Part shown: positions 35,297 through 47,949 of the stretch, piece after piece
Layout of the letters: the number at the start of each line of letters is the position of its first letter
Position numbering within the stretch: the first letter of the stretch is position 1
Assembly: GCA_002189035.1 (NCBI GenBank)
Contig: CM007991.1
Location: forward strand, 4,960,001-5,024,000
From: Utricularia gibba
Taxonomy: Eukaryota; Plantae; Magnoliophyta
Direction of reading: 5' to 3'
Length of the DNA: 64,000 bases
Made by a program: the position numbers and the translations under genes
Notes under the pieces: model-generated
Database searches by the model: none
What the model was told of the DNA's origin: nothing
The model's input: only the letters and a program-made list of their open reading frames with translations

Positions 35297-36808
35297 CTTG
35301 TTGTATAAAAACTTTATCATATTAAATATAATATTTTATTTTATAACAATTATATTTTTGAAATACAATATGTATTAAAAATATAAATTTCAAAAGAAAT
35401 ATAATTAACATTATTAATATTTTTATATAATTTAATTACGTATAATAAGTCATAATAAAAGTAATTAATTATATCATATATTTAGAAAGATATATAATTA
35501 TTTGCATATATAATATTATACATACAGATATAGTTAATTTTATTAAAAAAAACTTTACATTTATATTAAATTTATATAACATAATGCAAATATGGTGAGG
35601 TGGGAAATCAATTATTGGTGTGGATTAATCGTAACCTATACCTATATGCGATTCTAAGGACATGATTTATGGCATAACTCATGCTCATGTGTGAAGTGGA
35701 GGGATATAAGAAATATCATATGGGCATGGGTTAGTCTTAACCAATGTTTGTGTGTGATCATTATGGACGTTAGTTACGTGATAACCCACGTTTGTATATG
35801 ATAGGTATTTGGCAATCATTCATAATTAAAATAAATACATGTAATCTATTTCTTAAGTAAATAGATTTTTTTTTATGTGATGTATCATAATGATAATTAA
35901 AAAAAATTAGAACAATGGTAATTAAAATTAAATTAATTTAATTTTTAAAATAATTAACAAAAATCATTATTTCACCCGCCTACCGTATAACTTAATGCCA
36001 TTTGACCGTCACTTTCACCTATTTGTTGTTGTCGTCGCGAATGTTGTTGTCACCGTTGCCACCATCACAGTCTTCGCTGCCACAAATTCTACCCATTTCT
36101 TTTGCAACCAAGGTATGACTTTATGCAAAAATGATTTTTTTCTTTCATTTAGCTTTTGTAGATTATTTTTTATATTGATATTCATTGAGATTTAGTGTTA
36201 AGATTTAAAATGATTTAAAGTTTAATAAAAAAATCTTCTTAAACTTAAGGTTTTAGATGTTTAGGATTAGATTTATTTTTATTTAAATAAATATTTTCTA
36301 TGAAAATAATATTCTTTGATTACAAAAAATATTTTTTCAGATTAAATAAAGAAGTTTTTTTACATTCAAGAAAAATATTCTTTAAAAGAATAATATATTA
36401 TTATAAGAAATGATATTTTTATTTAGTTAATTTTCATTAAATATAAAATATTCATTATTTATTTAATATCATTTTTTTGTTTAAAAAAGATGAATTTTTA
36501 TTCATGCAAATTATCATCATGATTTATATTTAATTACTTAACTAATTATCATTCATATTTGTTTGTAATGCGACATAAGAATGACTATTGTCGATAATGT
36601 AAAGTAAAAGTATTATATTCATGAAGTTTAGATGTTATTTATGTCAAAGTCATGAGAGAATATTCACAATAAGCCACCAATTAAAGTATGTGCTATTGGA
36701 TTCCCAGTTGCCTTGAGCCATATAGAATGCGATGGTACTGCAAGCTATGTGAGTGTCTCTCACCCATATGACTCCCCAATCGGTATGGATGATGAAGTCA
36801 TTTATCAT

Positions 36809-37351
36809 TGTTGTGGTGGAAAATCAATCCCAAGGGGTTGAGCTGATTTTCAGGTTGCAAAAGGGGTTTGAAAGGATCCGATTTAGAGAGTAGTAACTTG
36901 GGGGTTAGAATCAAAGATGAAAGAAATTAAATGATATGAAGATTTTTACGTGAAAACCACCGGGGGACAAAAAAACTACAAAGCTGTTGGGGTTTGCCGG
37001 GAAAATTATTTCACTAAAATGAGGGGAGGGGAGGAATGTTGATACAATTTGGTATGCAGAGAGCTCAACCCCTTCTTCTTCGAAATCTCATCTATTTATA
37101 AGAAATGCCGTCCCAACTGAATTCTATAGGTTTCGGCTGCTTTAGGCGCCTGGTAGCCGTACTGTGGTCCGGCTAACAGATAATCGTCAATCGCTCTAAC
37201 ATTCTGGTAGATTCGGCTACTTTTCTGCCAAACTAGCCACCGCTACGCAATTATTATACTTTTCGGTTTGTCGGTCTATAGCAGGTTGTCAGGAGGCTTT
37301 TGGGACCCTTTCCAACTAATTTCGCTTGGAAAGAACTAATTTGCTTATCCA
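36809..37351 (-). mobile_element. copia-type solo LTR (~543 bp)
   Basis: On the minus strand: TATAAATAG, ttagtgaaata, ggttttcacgtaaaaatc, end CCACAACA. Flanked by a direct repeat (TCAT with TG...CA ends, or ATCAT if one end is non-canonical). Confidence 0.7.
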
Positions 37352-37859
37352 TCATCCACAGGTTCGTATCTCAATGTGGCGCATGCCGATTCAAGGCCCA
37401 TCAATCATGATATGTGAGGAAGAGGATGTGCTATATGATTTGTGTATCTTCTATTTGATTGTAAAGCTCATTACTCTATGTGATGGCCAGTTCTCAATAC
37501 GACCATTCAAGAGATTGAGTATCCACTTTGGGGTCGTTTGGTATATGGGTATTTATCGGATATAGATTGGGTTTAAAAATAAACCTTCGTTTGATTAACT
37601 ACTTTTCTTTTCTCATGACCTGCTTCTGAAATCCCGGTTTTGTTATTAAACCTGGGTTTTGGGTATTTTTGTAAACCCATCAAGAAGAAGTGTTTTGTAA
37701 AAGTAAATAATAATTGTCTATTTTACCCTTCTACTCAATCATAACTTTTACACGCAGGTAAAGATAATTCTCCTCTTTCCAAAACCCTAGCTACCAGGTA
37801 AACTTGCGAAACTCCTCGTATTCATCTTCTTCAAACAACTTGCTTGTGTTTTCAATAGG

Positions 37860-38683
37860 ATGGAGATAGAGGGAGGTAGTAAAGGGAGGCATAGGTGTTG
37901 GTCCATTCACGACAAGAAAATGCTAATCATCGCTTTGAAAGAAATCTCTTTTACTGGTTGGAAGTTGGAGAATGGCATCAAGACAGGGTATTTGACTGAG
38001 TTAGAAAAAATTCTGAAACGACAGATTCCAGGAACGGATTTGAGGTCGAAGCCACATATAGAATCAAAAGTTCATGTTTGGAGAGCTGTGAATGCAACAC
38101 TGTCTACAATTCTATCCAGATCCGGTACTGGTTGGAATGACTCTAGTCATCAAGTTGATGCTTCTGTTGAAATGTCGGATGAGTTAGAAAAGGTAAGAAT
38201 TCTGTCAATGTGCTTCTTGTACTTGTTTTTTTTTTTTTTATTTCAACAGAGATTTTTTTGCATTGTACACTATTGCAAATGCAGGGAAAGTGAGGGGTAA
38301 TCTTTTGCATTTTACTTAGATTGGTTGGATATTTTCGAAAAAGATCAAGCCACCTGAGAAAAGGGGATGGACTACCACACTTCTACGGAAGTCATGGTAG
38401 CTTCATCAAACACATCTGATTTCAATAATTTTATTGGTGAAGATCTGATATTACCGGATGAACCAATTTCTGGGTTAGTTTGTAAAATATCGAGTGCACA
38501 ATGTGTAAAATAAAAAGTCATTTAATTAGTCCAATGAAGATGCTCCAAATGTCGTTGATGGAGTATCATGACGTAACAAAAGTAATTATAGAGGATCATA
38601 GATCGCTGAAATTTTTTCTTAGTCTGAAAGAACCTGAAAGGATCACATTCGTGGAAGAAATTTTAACAAAACTACGTGTTTGA
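37860..38683 (+). pseudogene. Harbinger Myb/SANT-like DNA-binding ORF
   Basis: RCWSIHDKKMLIIALKEI...GWKLENG.KTGYLTELEK...KPHIESKVHVW...GTGWND (Myb_DNA-bind_3-like). Exon 1 ends ~38192. The downstream segment resembling SFP.Y.DW..IF.KD.AT carries stops. Confidence 0.8.
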
Positions 38684-39234
38684 TTTCCCTTGTATTCACT
38701 AAAGTAATTATGGAGGATCATAGACTCATTCCCTTGCTTGGTTCACTGTTTTGATCAATGATACCCAACAAACTTTGTTTTTGGAGTTACATTTTGTTAT
38801 TTTGCTTCCTGACGATGGTCTGGACTTTGGTATTGATCTAACTCTGATGGTTTGTGAAATCAGGTTCATGAAAGTGGTTTTCTCCTAATACCATGCTTGT
38901 TGATGATTCGTGTGTTTTAATGCACTCTGTGATTATTATTCATTTTCACTTGATTCTGTGATAGTGTTTTTTAATCAGTGGGCAGCGTTTTGTTTCTATT
39001 AATAAGGAGAGCCAGTTGAATGCATTTGTCACTGTGGGTCTCATTGTTTTTATTGCTTTTCTCTCCATTTCCTGGCTCCCCAAACTTGAGTGGTGTGAAA
39101 TTGTAAACTCCATCTCCTTTCGGGTAGCATCTTTGAGCATCCACCACCATTGTTTTGTGGTTGCTACTTGGCATAATTGTTCCATGCTTTTTTATTGTAA
39201 AAATTATATTATATGCATTTTTTAGATACAAAAA

Positions 39235-39520
39235 ATAAATATAATTATAAATGATAAAATATATAAGAATGTAAAGACTATATTATAGAAATATAAAATA
39301 TAATTACAAATTATATAAAAGATATCATAATGTAAAAACTATAACAATTAAGTATAAAATATAATTACAAATGATAAAAGATATTAAAATTTAAATACTA
39401 TATTATAGAAGTATAATATATAATTACAAATGAAAAAATATACTAGAATTTAAATACTATATTATAGAAGTATAAAATATAATTACAAATGATAAAAGAT
39501 ACTAGAATATAAAAATGATA
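39235..39520. repeat. AT-rich ~59-60-bp tandem repeat, about 5 degenerate copies, inside the Harbinger element
   Basis: The unit ataattacaaatgataaaagata...aatactatattatagaagtataaaat recurs near 39241, 39300, 39361, 39420 and 39479. Confidence 0.8.
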
Positions 39521-40118
39521 TTATATAATTTTTTTAGATAACAATTTATAGATGATCATTTTTTCTCCATTGATCATTTCAAAAGTTCTACTAAAACTCT
39601 CCCCTAGCTCTTCCAAGATTTTCAAAGGTAACTACTTTGCATGTTTATAAAATGAAGTCTTTTAAGTGTTGAATTTCATGGAAGTGTATTACATTAAAGA
39701 GGTGATCCATATGGAAAGCAAGTAAACTCATGGAGTACTTGGTTAACGACATCAAACACTCTAATGTCAAAAGGCATTAATGAAGCTACTTTTGATCGGC
39801 GCATGAAATAGAAAAACTAAAAATGTGGAAACCATTTAAATCATGAAGTATGGCACTAAAAGCTGCCTTCCTCCTAGTGAATGCATTTGTTTTATCTGAT
39901 AATCAGAAAATAGCATCAGGAAGGGTTGAACATTAAAATAAAAAAATAAAAGGCTGAGTTAACAAACAGTTATACATCACCATCGAATTGAAATACATAA
40001 TGATCATAAATGAAGTCTGTTGCAAGCAAACTATGAAGGAGCATTGATGTTACCCTAGACATGAACAATAGACTATTATACTAGACATGGAGATAATCCT
40101 AGAAATTAAGACATTACT

Positions 40119-41465
40119 TCACTGATGCCATTGATTGTACCAAGTCATTGCCAATGAAGCATGCCACTGCATCCAAGCATTACTTGACTCTAATGTATCT
40201 ATATAGTCATCATCTTTTTGTAATGTGTTGTCTACATAACTTTGTTGCAATAAACTTTCAAGAGGATCATCCGGATCAGCGATTTGAATAAAATTATGGA
40301 GAAGTACACAGGCCAAAATAATAAAACTGAGTATATCCACATTGTAAAAGCAACTATCTCGTAGAATCCTCCAACGTATTTTCAGTAAACCAAAAGTTCT
40401 CTCAATTATATTTCTCGCTTTGGAGTGTCTCAAGTTGAATAATTCTCTTGAATTTTGAGGTGTCAAGTTAACGTTGCCCCATTTTTTCAAGTGATATCAA
40501 ACTCCACAATAGGGTGTAAGAAATCCTTCACAATTTATATAACCATTATCATATAGATAATAATTTCCTGAAATAATTTGATAAACCAATTAAAAAATTA
40601 AATGAAGCTATTATGATCTCAATGGGCTGAAAATACTCCATATAATAACAATGAACAAAAATATACCTCGAGGAACACGAAATCCATTGTTCCTTGGTAG
40701 AGTATCTCGTAAAACTCTGCTATCTGCAGCTGGTCCTTCCCATCCAGATAACACGTATACAAATCTCATGTGTATATCACACACTCCAAGTACGTTTAAA
40801 TAAGTGTATCCTTTTCTACTACAATATCAGTCTTGTTCATCGACACGCACTTTTGCCGGAATGTATGTTCCATCCAAGCTCCAAGACAACCCTACCATTA
40901 AGAAAAAAAATGAAGAACCATATATAATTCAAATAAAAACACCTGGATGCTAACCACAAAATATTTCCAAGGAGTTTCTTCAAAATTTGATGTCACTCGT
41001 GTAGGTTTCACGAGTAGGATGGGGTGTAGCTTTATTATAGTCCTCAAAACCTCATGAAAGTATTTATGTATTGTATGCCTCGATCTAATGAAATCATGAG
41101 ATTGAATACGTACCTTCTTATGATGAGATAAAACTCCCAACAAATAGATACTTTCTCAGGTATAGACACATTCCTTAAATTCATTAAACCACCAGCATTT
41201 TCCAACAAACTACACAATCTACCGAAGGCATTTCTAGTCATTCGTAAATTATCCAAGCAAACAAAATCACTATAACCAATAAGATGCTGAAGATGCCAAG
41301 ATTGCATATTCATTCTACCAATCGTGGAGTACTTTCGTTTTTACTTTTCTGATTTTGTTCATCTTTCTCTAGCCAAAAAGCAAGTAATAGGCACAACCAA
41401 ATGAACCGGGAAAAAATGGTTTGTTGAAGAACAAGGAACATCACAAATTCGGAAAACTCATCCAT
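40119..41465 (-). pseudogene. Harbinger/HARBI1-like DDE transposase, multi-exon, inactivated
   Basis: CLDNLRMTRNAFGRLC, SRHTIHKYFHEVL, GCLGA followed by a frameshift through the DGT catalytic motif, YVLSGWEG.AADSRVL, ELFNLRHSKARNIIERTFGLLK.RWRIL, ACVLLHNFI. Confidence 0.9.
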
Positions 41466-41552
41466 CCTACAACAAAAGCTCATTAAAATACAGAATATGG
41501 GTAGAAAATAAAAAAACATTTCATGCTTGAATTACCCACATAACATTGAAAT

Positions 41553-41676
41553 GAAATCACAAGTAAGAACTCACCAGGAGCGTTGGGACTTGAACCGTAA
41601 AGAACTCGAGCAGTTTTCTTGCTAGAAAATTCAACTTGAAATCACAAGCAAGAACTCATCAGGAGCGTTGGGAGAT
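41553..41676 (+). repeat. 85-bp tandem repeat; the second unit is broken by the Angela LTR and resumes at ~43158-43188
   Basis: gaaatcacaag.aagaactca.caggagcgttggga at 41553 and 41638; cagtttt.ttgctagaaaattcaacttgaa at 41611 and 43158. Confidence 0.85.
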
Positions 41677-43159
41677 TGTTAGTGTATGTGTTCTAGAGAT
41701 AATCAACTCATTGGCAAATCTTATCTTTTAATATTTACCTTGAACTGTGATCAAGTTTACAACATTGATAAAATCCTTTACTTGATCTATGTGCTATAGA
41801 AATTATGATGAGATCATAATGTGAGATTCTACAAGCATTTATATTTAAGTTAAAAAAACTCACTGGCTAGAGTATTTTTGAAATGAAGATATCACAAATA
41901 CGGATAAGCTGGCACACATTGAGTTCCCTAAACTGTTTAGACAATGGTTCTCACAATTAATGTAATGAGATTACTAGAACCTATTAGTGGGTGTCAATTA
42001 GAGAATCGATTCACTGGATGACTCATCTTCGAATATTAGTAGCAACTATGGAAAGCTAACCAAGTATTAGTAGCAAGATCTCGAATATGATAGCCGTGCA
42101 AGTAAGCTTAGACTTGAGGTCGACAAAGTTATCTTGATCTTAAGCTCACATTTTCACTCATTACTAATGGGAGACTAACCATGACTTGCCTATTGTGGAT
42201 GAGTAGAGATGTGACTCCTTAAAATTGGAGATAGTTGATTGATCAATAAAGGATTCATTACTCATGTGAGCGATGAGATCATATCTCAAGTAATTGCATT
42301 AAAGCCTAACAGTAAGTCTTGGGCCCAGGGTAATGACACTCGAATTGTTTGAGTAGTTTATTGAGTGTTAGTGCTTGAATGTAATTATAAGTTCGATACA
42401 TCAGAAAGACACACACCCATGTTCTAGTATCGAATGAGATATAAGTGTGATGAAAGCTGTTCATTGCATGGTGGCTGGCCATGGAAAGGCTCAATCAGTT
42501 CACCTGATTAATTAATCTTGGGGATCATGATATGTTGCTAGACATCACTCATGATCGATAATGATGGATTTGATTGATTTAGAAAGAATTAATAAATCCA
42601 TTATTACGGCCTTGATTGAAGAAGCCTATAGGGTCACACACAATAGTGGAGTCACTCGTCGATATAAAATAGAATGGCACAATTACATGAGATGTAATTG
42701 GTAAAGTGGATAAATTAAATAGATAACTATTTTGAGATTAATATTGATTAAACTCAAAATAGATCTTTATAAAGATTAATATTGATTAAAGATCTCATAT
42801 AGATATGATTTTATATGTCATTAAATATCTATCCAAAAGATTTAGATCTTGAGATCTGCTCCAAGGTCTTCGTGCTCTCTGAGACTGATCCACAAGGAGG
42901 CATTTTTCTCTACTAGCACCTGAGAAATTCGACCACCATTCAAGAGACTTGAGAATGTTATCGATGGAGTGCTCCACATATGGATACCATAGAGGCCGTC
43001 TGCTATTGGCGGTTGGTGAACAATGGAGTCCTTTGAAAGGTATTTTCAGCATCCCTTTGTCTGATATATAACGTATTCCAAGATCTACGTTAGGGATTTC
43101 TCAAAATTTTTAAAATTCTGCTGCTTTTGAGACATACGATGTCTACGAGAAACCCAACA
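41677..43159 (+). mobile_element. Angela-type solo LTR, copy 3, full length, no TSD
   Basis: TGTTAGTGTATGTG...GAAACCCAACA, reverse-complement homolog of 11154-12635 but visibly more diverged. Flanks GAGAT and GTTTT do not match. Confidence 0.92.
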
Positions 43160-43923
43160 GTTTTTTTGCTAGAAAATTCAACTTGAATAGCATTTTAGGG
43201 GAATTTCAATGGCGCTAGTCTACATAAAGGGAATAGCATTTTTCTCTCCATGAACACAAGACTTTATGATGGGATTTTGGGAAATGTAATTATGTCAGTT
43301 AATAAGGCTGTAATGGTAAAATCTCATTAAAACCAGATTTTTAATATACCCAACCAAACACACCTCTTATTATCCCTTATAAAATAAACTATCATACCAA
43401 ACTAATTAAACCCACCCATTTGAAGGTTTTATTTTCTTTAGTTTCTAAAGGTACTCTAATACTAAACATCATACCAAACGAGCCCTTTGGGTTATCCCAA
43501 TAATTCAGGTCATGGTGGTGCAATTTTGTTTGGGTATGACCACCTTCAGGAGATGTGTACCCATAACTCAACCCTTTTGTTATACCTGTAATTTTAGTTT
43601 TGTAAGTTAATTGTCCTTTTCAAATTCCTAGATTTATCCTTCAATATCGAAAAAAGATATTCAAACAGTTTAAGATTTGATTCCTACTTTAAACAAACTA
43701 AAATCTAGCCACTCATATGGAAGTAAGAAATCATAATAGCATAAATTGAAGCCAACTAAACATTCACTATCATATTTGAAAGCAAACACAAAACTTAAAA
43801 CATTTTAGAGTACATAAAAATAAACAAGTCTTAGTCTAGTTATCTTTCAACTACTATTCCTAATTTGGAAAAATAGTATAAAATTGGGTTCAGTATTGTA
43901 AGATTTCTAAGTTGAAGTATCCT

Positions 43924-44241
43924 ATTGAACTGCCTTATTTCTCTCTCTCTTGAGGTTTTAGTATTTTGCATGCTTTCTCCTTTGAAATGATATCTTCACT
44001 CTTTTCTTTCCTTTCATTCTTCAAAATATGTTGGTGTTATGGAATATGTTCTACTACTAGGCTAAAGTTAGAGTTATGGATGATTGAACTGCTTTATTTC
44101 TCTCTCTCTTGAGGTTTTAGTATTTTGCATGCTTTCTCCTTTGAAATGATATCTTCACTCTTTTCTTTCCTTTCATTCTTCAAAATATGTTGGTGTTATG
44201 GAATATGTTCTACTACTAGGCTAAAGTTAGAGTTATGGATG
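43924..44241 (+). repeat. Near-perfect 159-bp tandem duplication (2 copies)
   Basis: Units start attgaactg at 43924 and 44083. I see only one substitution (gcc/gct). Confidence 0.93.
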
Positions 44242-46217
44242 ATTGTAATGATCTTTTATGTTACCTCTCATAGAACATACTCCATTACTTGGAACATCGA
44301 AATCAAATTTGATTTGTTCTCTAATTCTACTATTAACTCTTAACAAATATTAATAAACACAAGGTAGATTAAATAAATGGATTTAGTTTACTTTTGCACA
44401 TATAATTACCAAAAACATAAATTTCACTATAATATTCAAAATCACACATAAAATACCTAAATTGAAACAAAAAAGTATTTTTATATCATAAAAAAATTTG
44501 CAAAATGTGTCATCATGATTGAAACTATCAATATACCTTGATATATTTCTAATGGAGTAACGATTTGAGCAATTTTGAAACATACTCCATATGAACTTTT
44601 TTTTTATAAAACTCCTAATATGTTTCATTTACATATTTATGGTTGTAATCGCTATGGTACAAAAATTTGAGAGGAACATCTAATCCAATAATTAGAAAAA
44701 GTTTATTTGTTGGATATTTAAATTTAGGATTGTAATGAGTATGTACATATTAAATTTATTGAATGCTCTTCCTTACATGATTCTGCTTTCTAAAAATCAT
44801 GAAAATTTCATTGATCCTGAATTTGAAAATCTACATGCTGTAGATAGTGATGCTGTTCCATTTTATATGCCTCTCAAATGTGAGTCAATGTCTAGCATTG
44901 TGATACTTTGAGAACTAGATTGTGATACTTAACCTAAGATGCCCACTTGTTTGGATAATAAAACAATACTTTTGATCTAGAAAATGATCCTTTGAGAACT
45001 AGAAAATTTTATAGCAATTTTTTTAAGTCTAGTGCCTTTATTTATACTTTAGAACTGACTAATGTGAAGAAGGATTCTGCTATCCCGTGTTGAGCTACTT
45101 TTTGTGGTCATGATAGATATGTGGCTACTAACGGGTTACGAAAGATGTTTCCTTTGTCTGTTAGTTAGTTACTTATAAGTATGCACTTCGTGATGTTTCT
45201 AGGTAAGACTTTTGTACAATTTTGAATCATAGTTCTCGTTCTCCTTTCCACACATCATTGATCGAATCATCTCCATTGCAAAGTACATTCCGATCAATTT
45301 CATCTATGTTTTCAACTTGTTTATAGTGCGGTGAGCATGGATGAATCTCACCCTCATTTTTCTCCAGAAAGTCAGACGTCCTCTACATGGAGGAGAGGCG
45401 AAGAATTGATTTGATAATCATTCCGATTGTCACCACAATAGATGATACAAGTCTACTATGGCAATGTAGACTTGGCCATGTATCAGACTCAAAATCCAAA
45501 CATATCCCCTTTCTTTATGGGTTGAATGGTATGCCCCATGACATTTGTGAATTTGTTAAGTTTCATAATCTTCCATTTTTGCTGAAAACGTCCCAAGCAC
45601 CCCACATTCTCTATTTTTTACACTGCGATCTATGGGGATCTTACAAGCATAATAATATTAATGGGGCGAGATACTTCCTTATCATCATAGATGATCATTC
45701 AAGGGCCACATTGACCTTGTTGTTTAAGGAGAAAAGTGTGGTGCATGAATACTTAACAGCTTTCCTAACCTACAATCAAAATCACTTTGGTCATACAACT
45801 AAGCATATTCAATCTGATAAGGGGGAGAGTACTTCAATTCAAAATTCAAGGTTTTGTGTGCAAGGAAAGGAAAACTCCACTAGTTTTCTTGCACTAAGAA
45901 ACCATAGGAAAGTACTTAGTTTCAGAAGAAACACAACCACCTACTAGAGGTAACCAGAGCCTTGATGTTTGAGGCAAGGTTACCTCAGGAATTTTAAGGT
46001 GAGGTTGTACTGACATCAACTTACACTATTAATAGGTTGCCATCTGCTATTTTAAACTAGAAAACAGCTTTCAAAATTCTGATGCATTGGGCCCCCATTC
46101 TTGATCATGAAAATGTGTGTTTCGAGTTTATCCTATGGATCACAAAAGTTATAAGTTGTATGATCTAAATACCAGGAAAACCTTTATTTCTAGAGATGTC
46201 AAGTTCTATGAGTATGT

Positions 46218-46940
46218 TGATGGAAGGAAAAATTTAAAGATGACGTATTCCTAAAGATTTCCCAATCAAAAGATATTTATAAAACTGAATAAGTATTCTA
46301 TATCACATTCAAAAAGAAAATAATATAATAGTGGCAAATCCAAGTTGATTCATAGGGAGCAAATTCTTTTCAGCTGTAAGTCCTAAGAGCAAACGAGATT
46401 AAACAAGGGATTTTGATTGGGAAGTGGGTTTCTACTCTAAAAAAATTAATAAAAATTCAGAAAATGGCTTCTACACTAGAGAAAAACAACATAATATGTA
46501 AATCACTCTTTCTAGTAGTTTTAAAAGTAACCATTATACTTAATACAAAAATTAACCATGCTTAAAAGATAACCTAAACAAGTTGCACTTATTGTTTCGA
46601 TTCACGTGTGAAAATAGTAAAGAGCACGACAAAGAAACCATGCTAAGTTGAAAACACTCAAACAAGATGGATGATAAGCAAGAAATCTTAATTGAACTAG
46701 CAGGTTGCGAAAATGCAGAAATAAAAGATAGAAAATAAAAAGTTCGTTCGGTTCTCCAAATCCTTTCTTAGACTGCATCAGTTTTTTTATTCTCTTCAGG
46801 CTGGTTGTAAAGCTTTAGAGAGTCCTATTGGCCATGCTGGTCGCTAATCTACCATTTCTGATTTTGGTGACCAATTGCTTTGAAGAAGTACTCACATATG
46901 CTCTCCTCCACCGTAATTGCACTATTACTACACCAATCAG
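46218..46940. mobile_element. LTR-like repeat, family B, copy 3, inserted after the copia integrase motif SRDVKFYE
   Basis: Homologous to 2845-3480 and 5877-6270. Candidate TG...CA ends but no matching TSD. Confidence 0.6.
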
Positions 46941-47949
46941 ATTGATGTTATTACATCAGAAGAGCCCTTCTTACTATGCGAACCTAGAAACTACAAGGAG
47001 GCATTGAAGTATGCTTCTTAGACAGAGTCAATGTAGTAGGAGCTACATGCCTTTCAACAAAATCACACCTGGGATGTGGTGATTTTGCTACCCTGTAGAC
47101 ATGGAATCGGATGCAAGTGGGTCTATAAGATTAAGCGACCTCCAAATGGGCAACTTGATACGTATAAGGTGCACTTGGTGGCCTAGGGGTACACTTAGAT
47201 TGAGGGTGCTGACTTTCATGGCAGTTTCGCCCCTATCACTAAGGCAATGACCATTAGATTTCTATTAGCCCTAGTAGTACAATATTGTTGGCATTTACAT
47301 CAAGTTGATGTCAATAACGTGTTTATCTATGGTTTCCTAAATGAGGAAATATATATGACACCTCTTGAAGAGTACTACTTTAAGTCTAGCGAAGTATATC
47401 TCTTTTCAAGTCCTTATATGGGTTGAAACAAGCCCCATGTCAATGGAATTTTGAAATCATCGAGTCCTTGCAACAATTACACTTTGTTTAGGCATCCTCC
47501 GATGTATGCTTATTCGTGCACCATGGTCATGGTTTTTTATTGGCTCTGTTGGTATATGTTGATGATATACTTATTGTGGGCTCTTCCTTAGAGGAAATCA
47601 GTCATTTCAAGGTGATTTTACACTCTAAATGTACAATGAAGGATCTCCATGAAGCTACATTTTTCTTAGGTATTGAATTATCTCAATCCTTTGAGGGGAC
47701 TTATCTTTCCCATAGTCTTGATCATTCTCTCTCTTGGACAATCCCAATGCCCCTATCATGCAAGTTTCGCTTTTCTAATGAACCATATGAGTCCAATGAA
47801 CCATCTGAGTCCAAACATCTCTTTTACTCTGCACTTGCTTTCTCAATTTGTACATAATCAAGAACTGACCTTACACCATTTGATTAGCTACCTTTATACT
47901 ACCTCTTCTTTTGGTCTCTTTTATCCATTTGCTGCTCCTTTAGGTATCC

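Larger units (their letters stand above)
37530..43485. mobile_element. PIF/Harbinger DNA transposon, formerly autonomous, both ORFs decayed
   Basis: 15-bp TIRs GGGGTCGTTTGGTAT and ATACCAAACGAGCCC (14 of 15 match), 3-bp TTT on both sides, convergent Myb/SANT and DDE transposase genes. Carries an Angela LTR in its right subterminal region. Confidence 0.9.
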
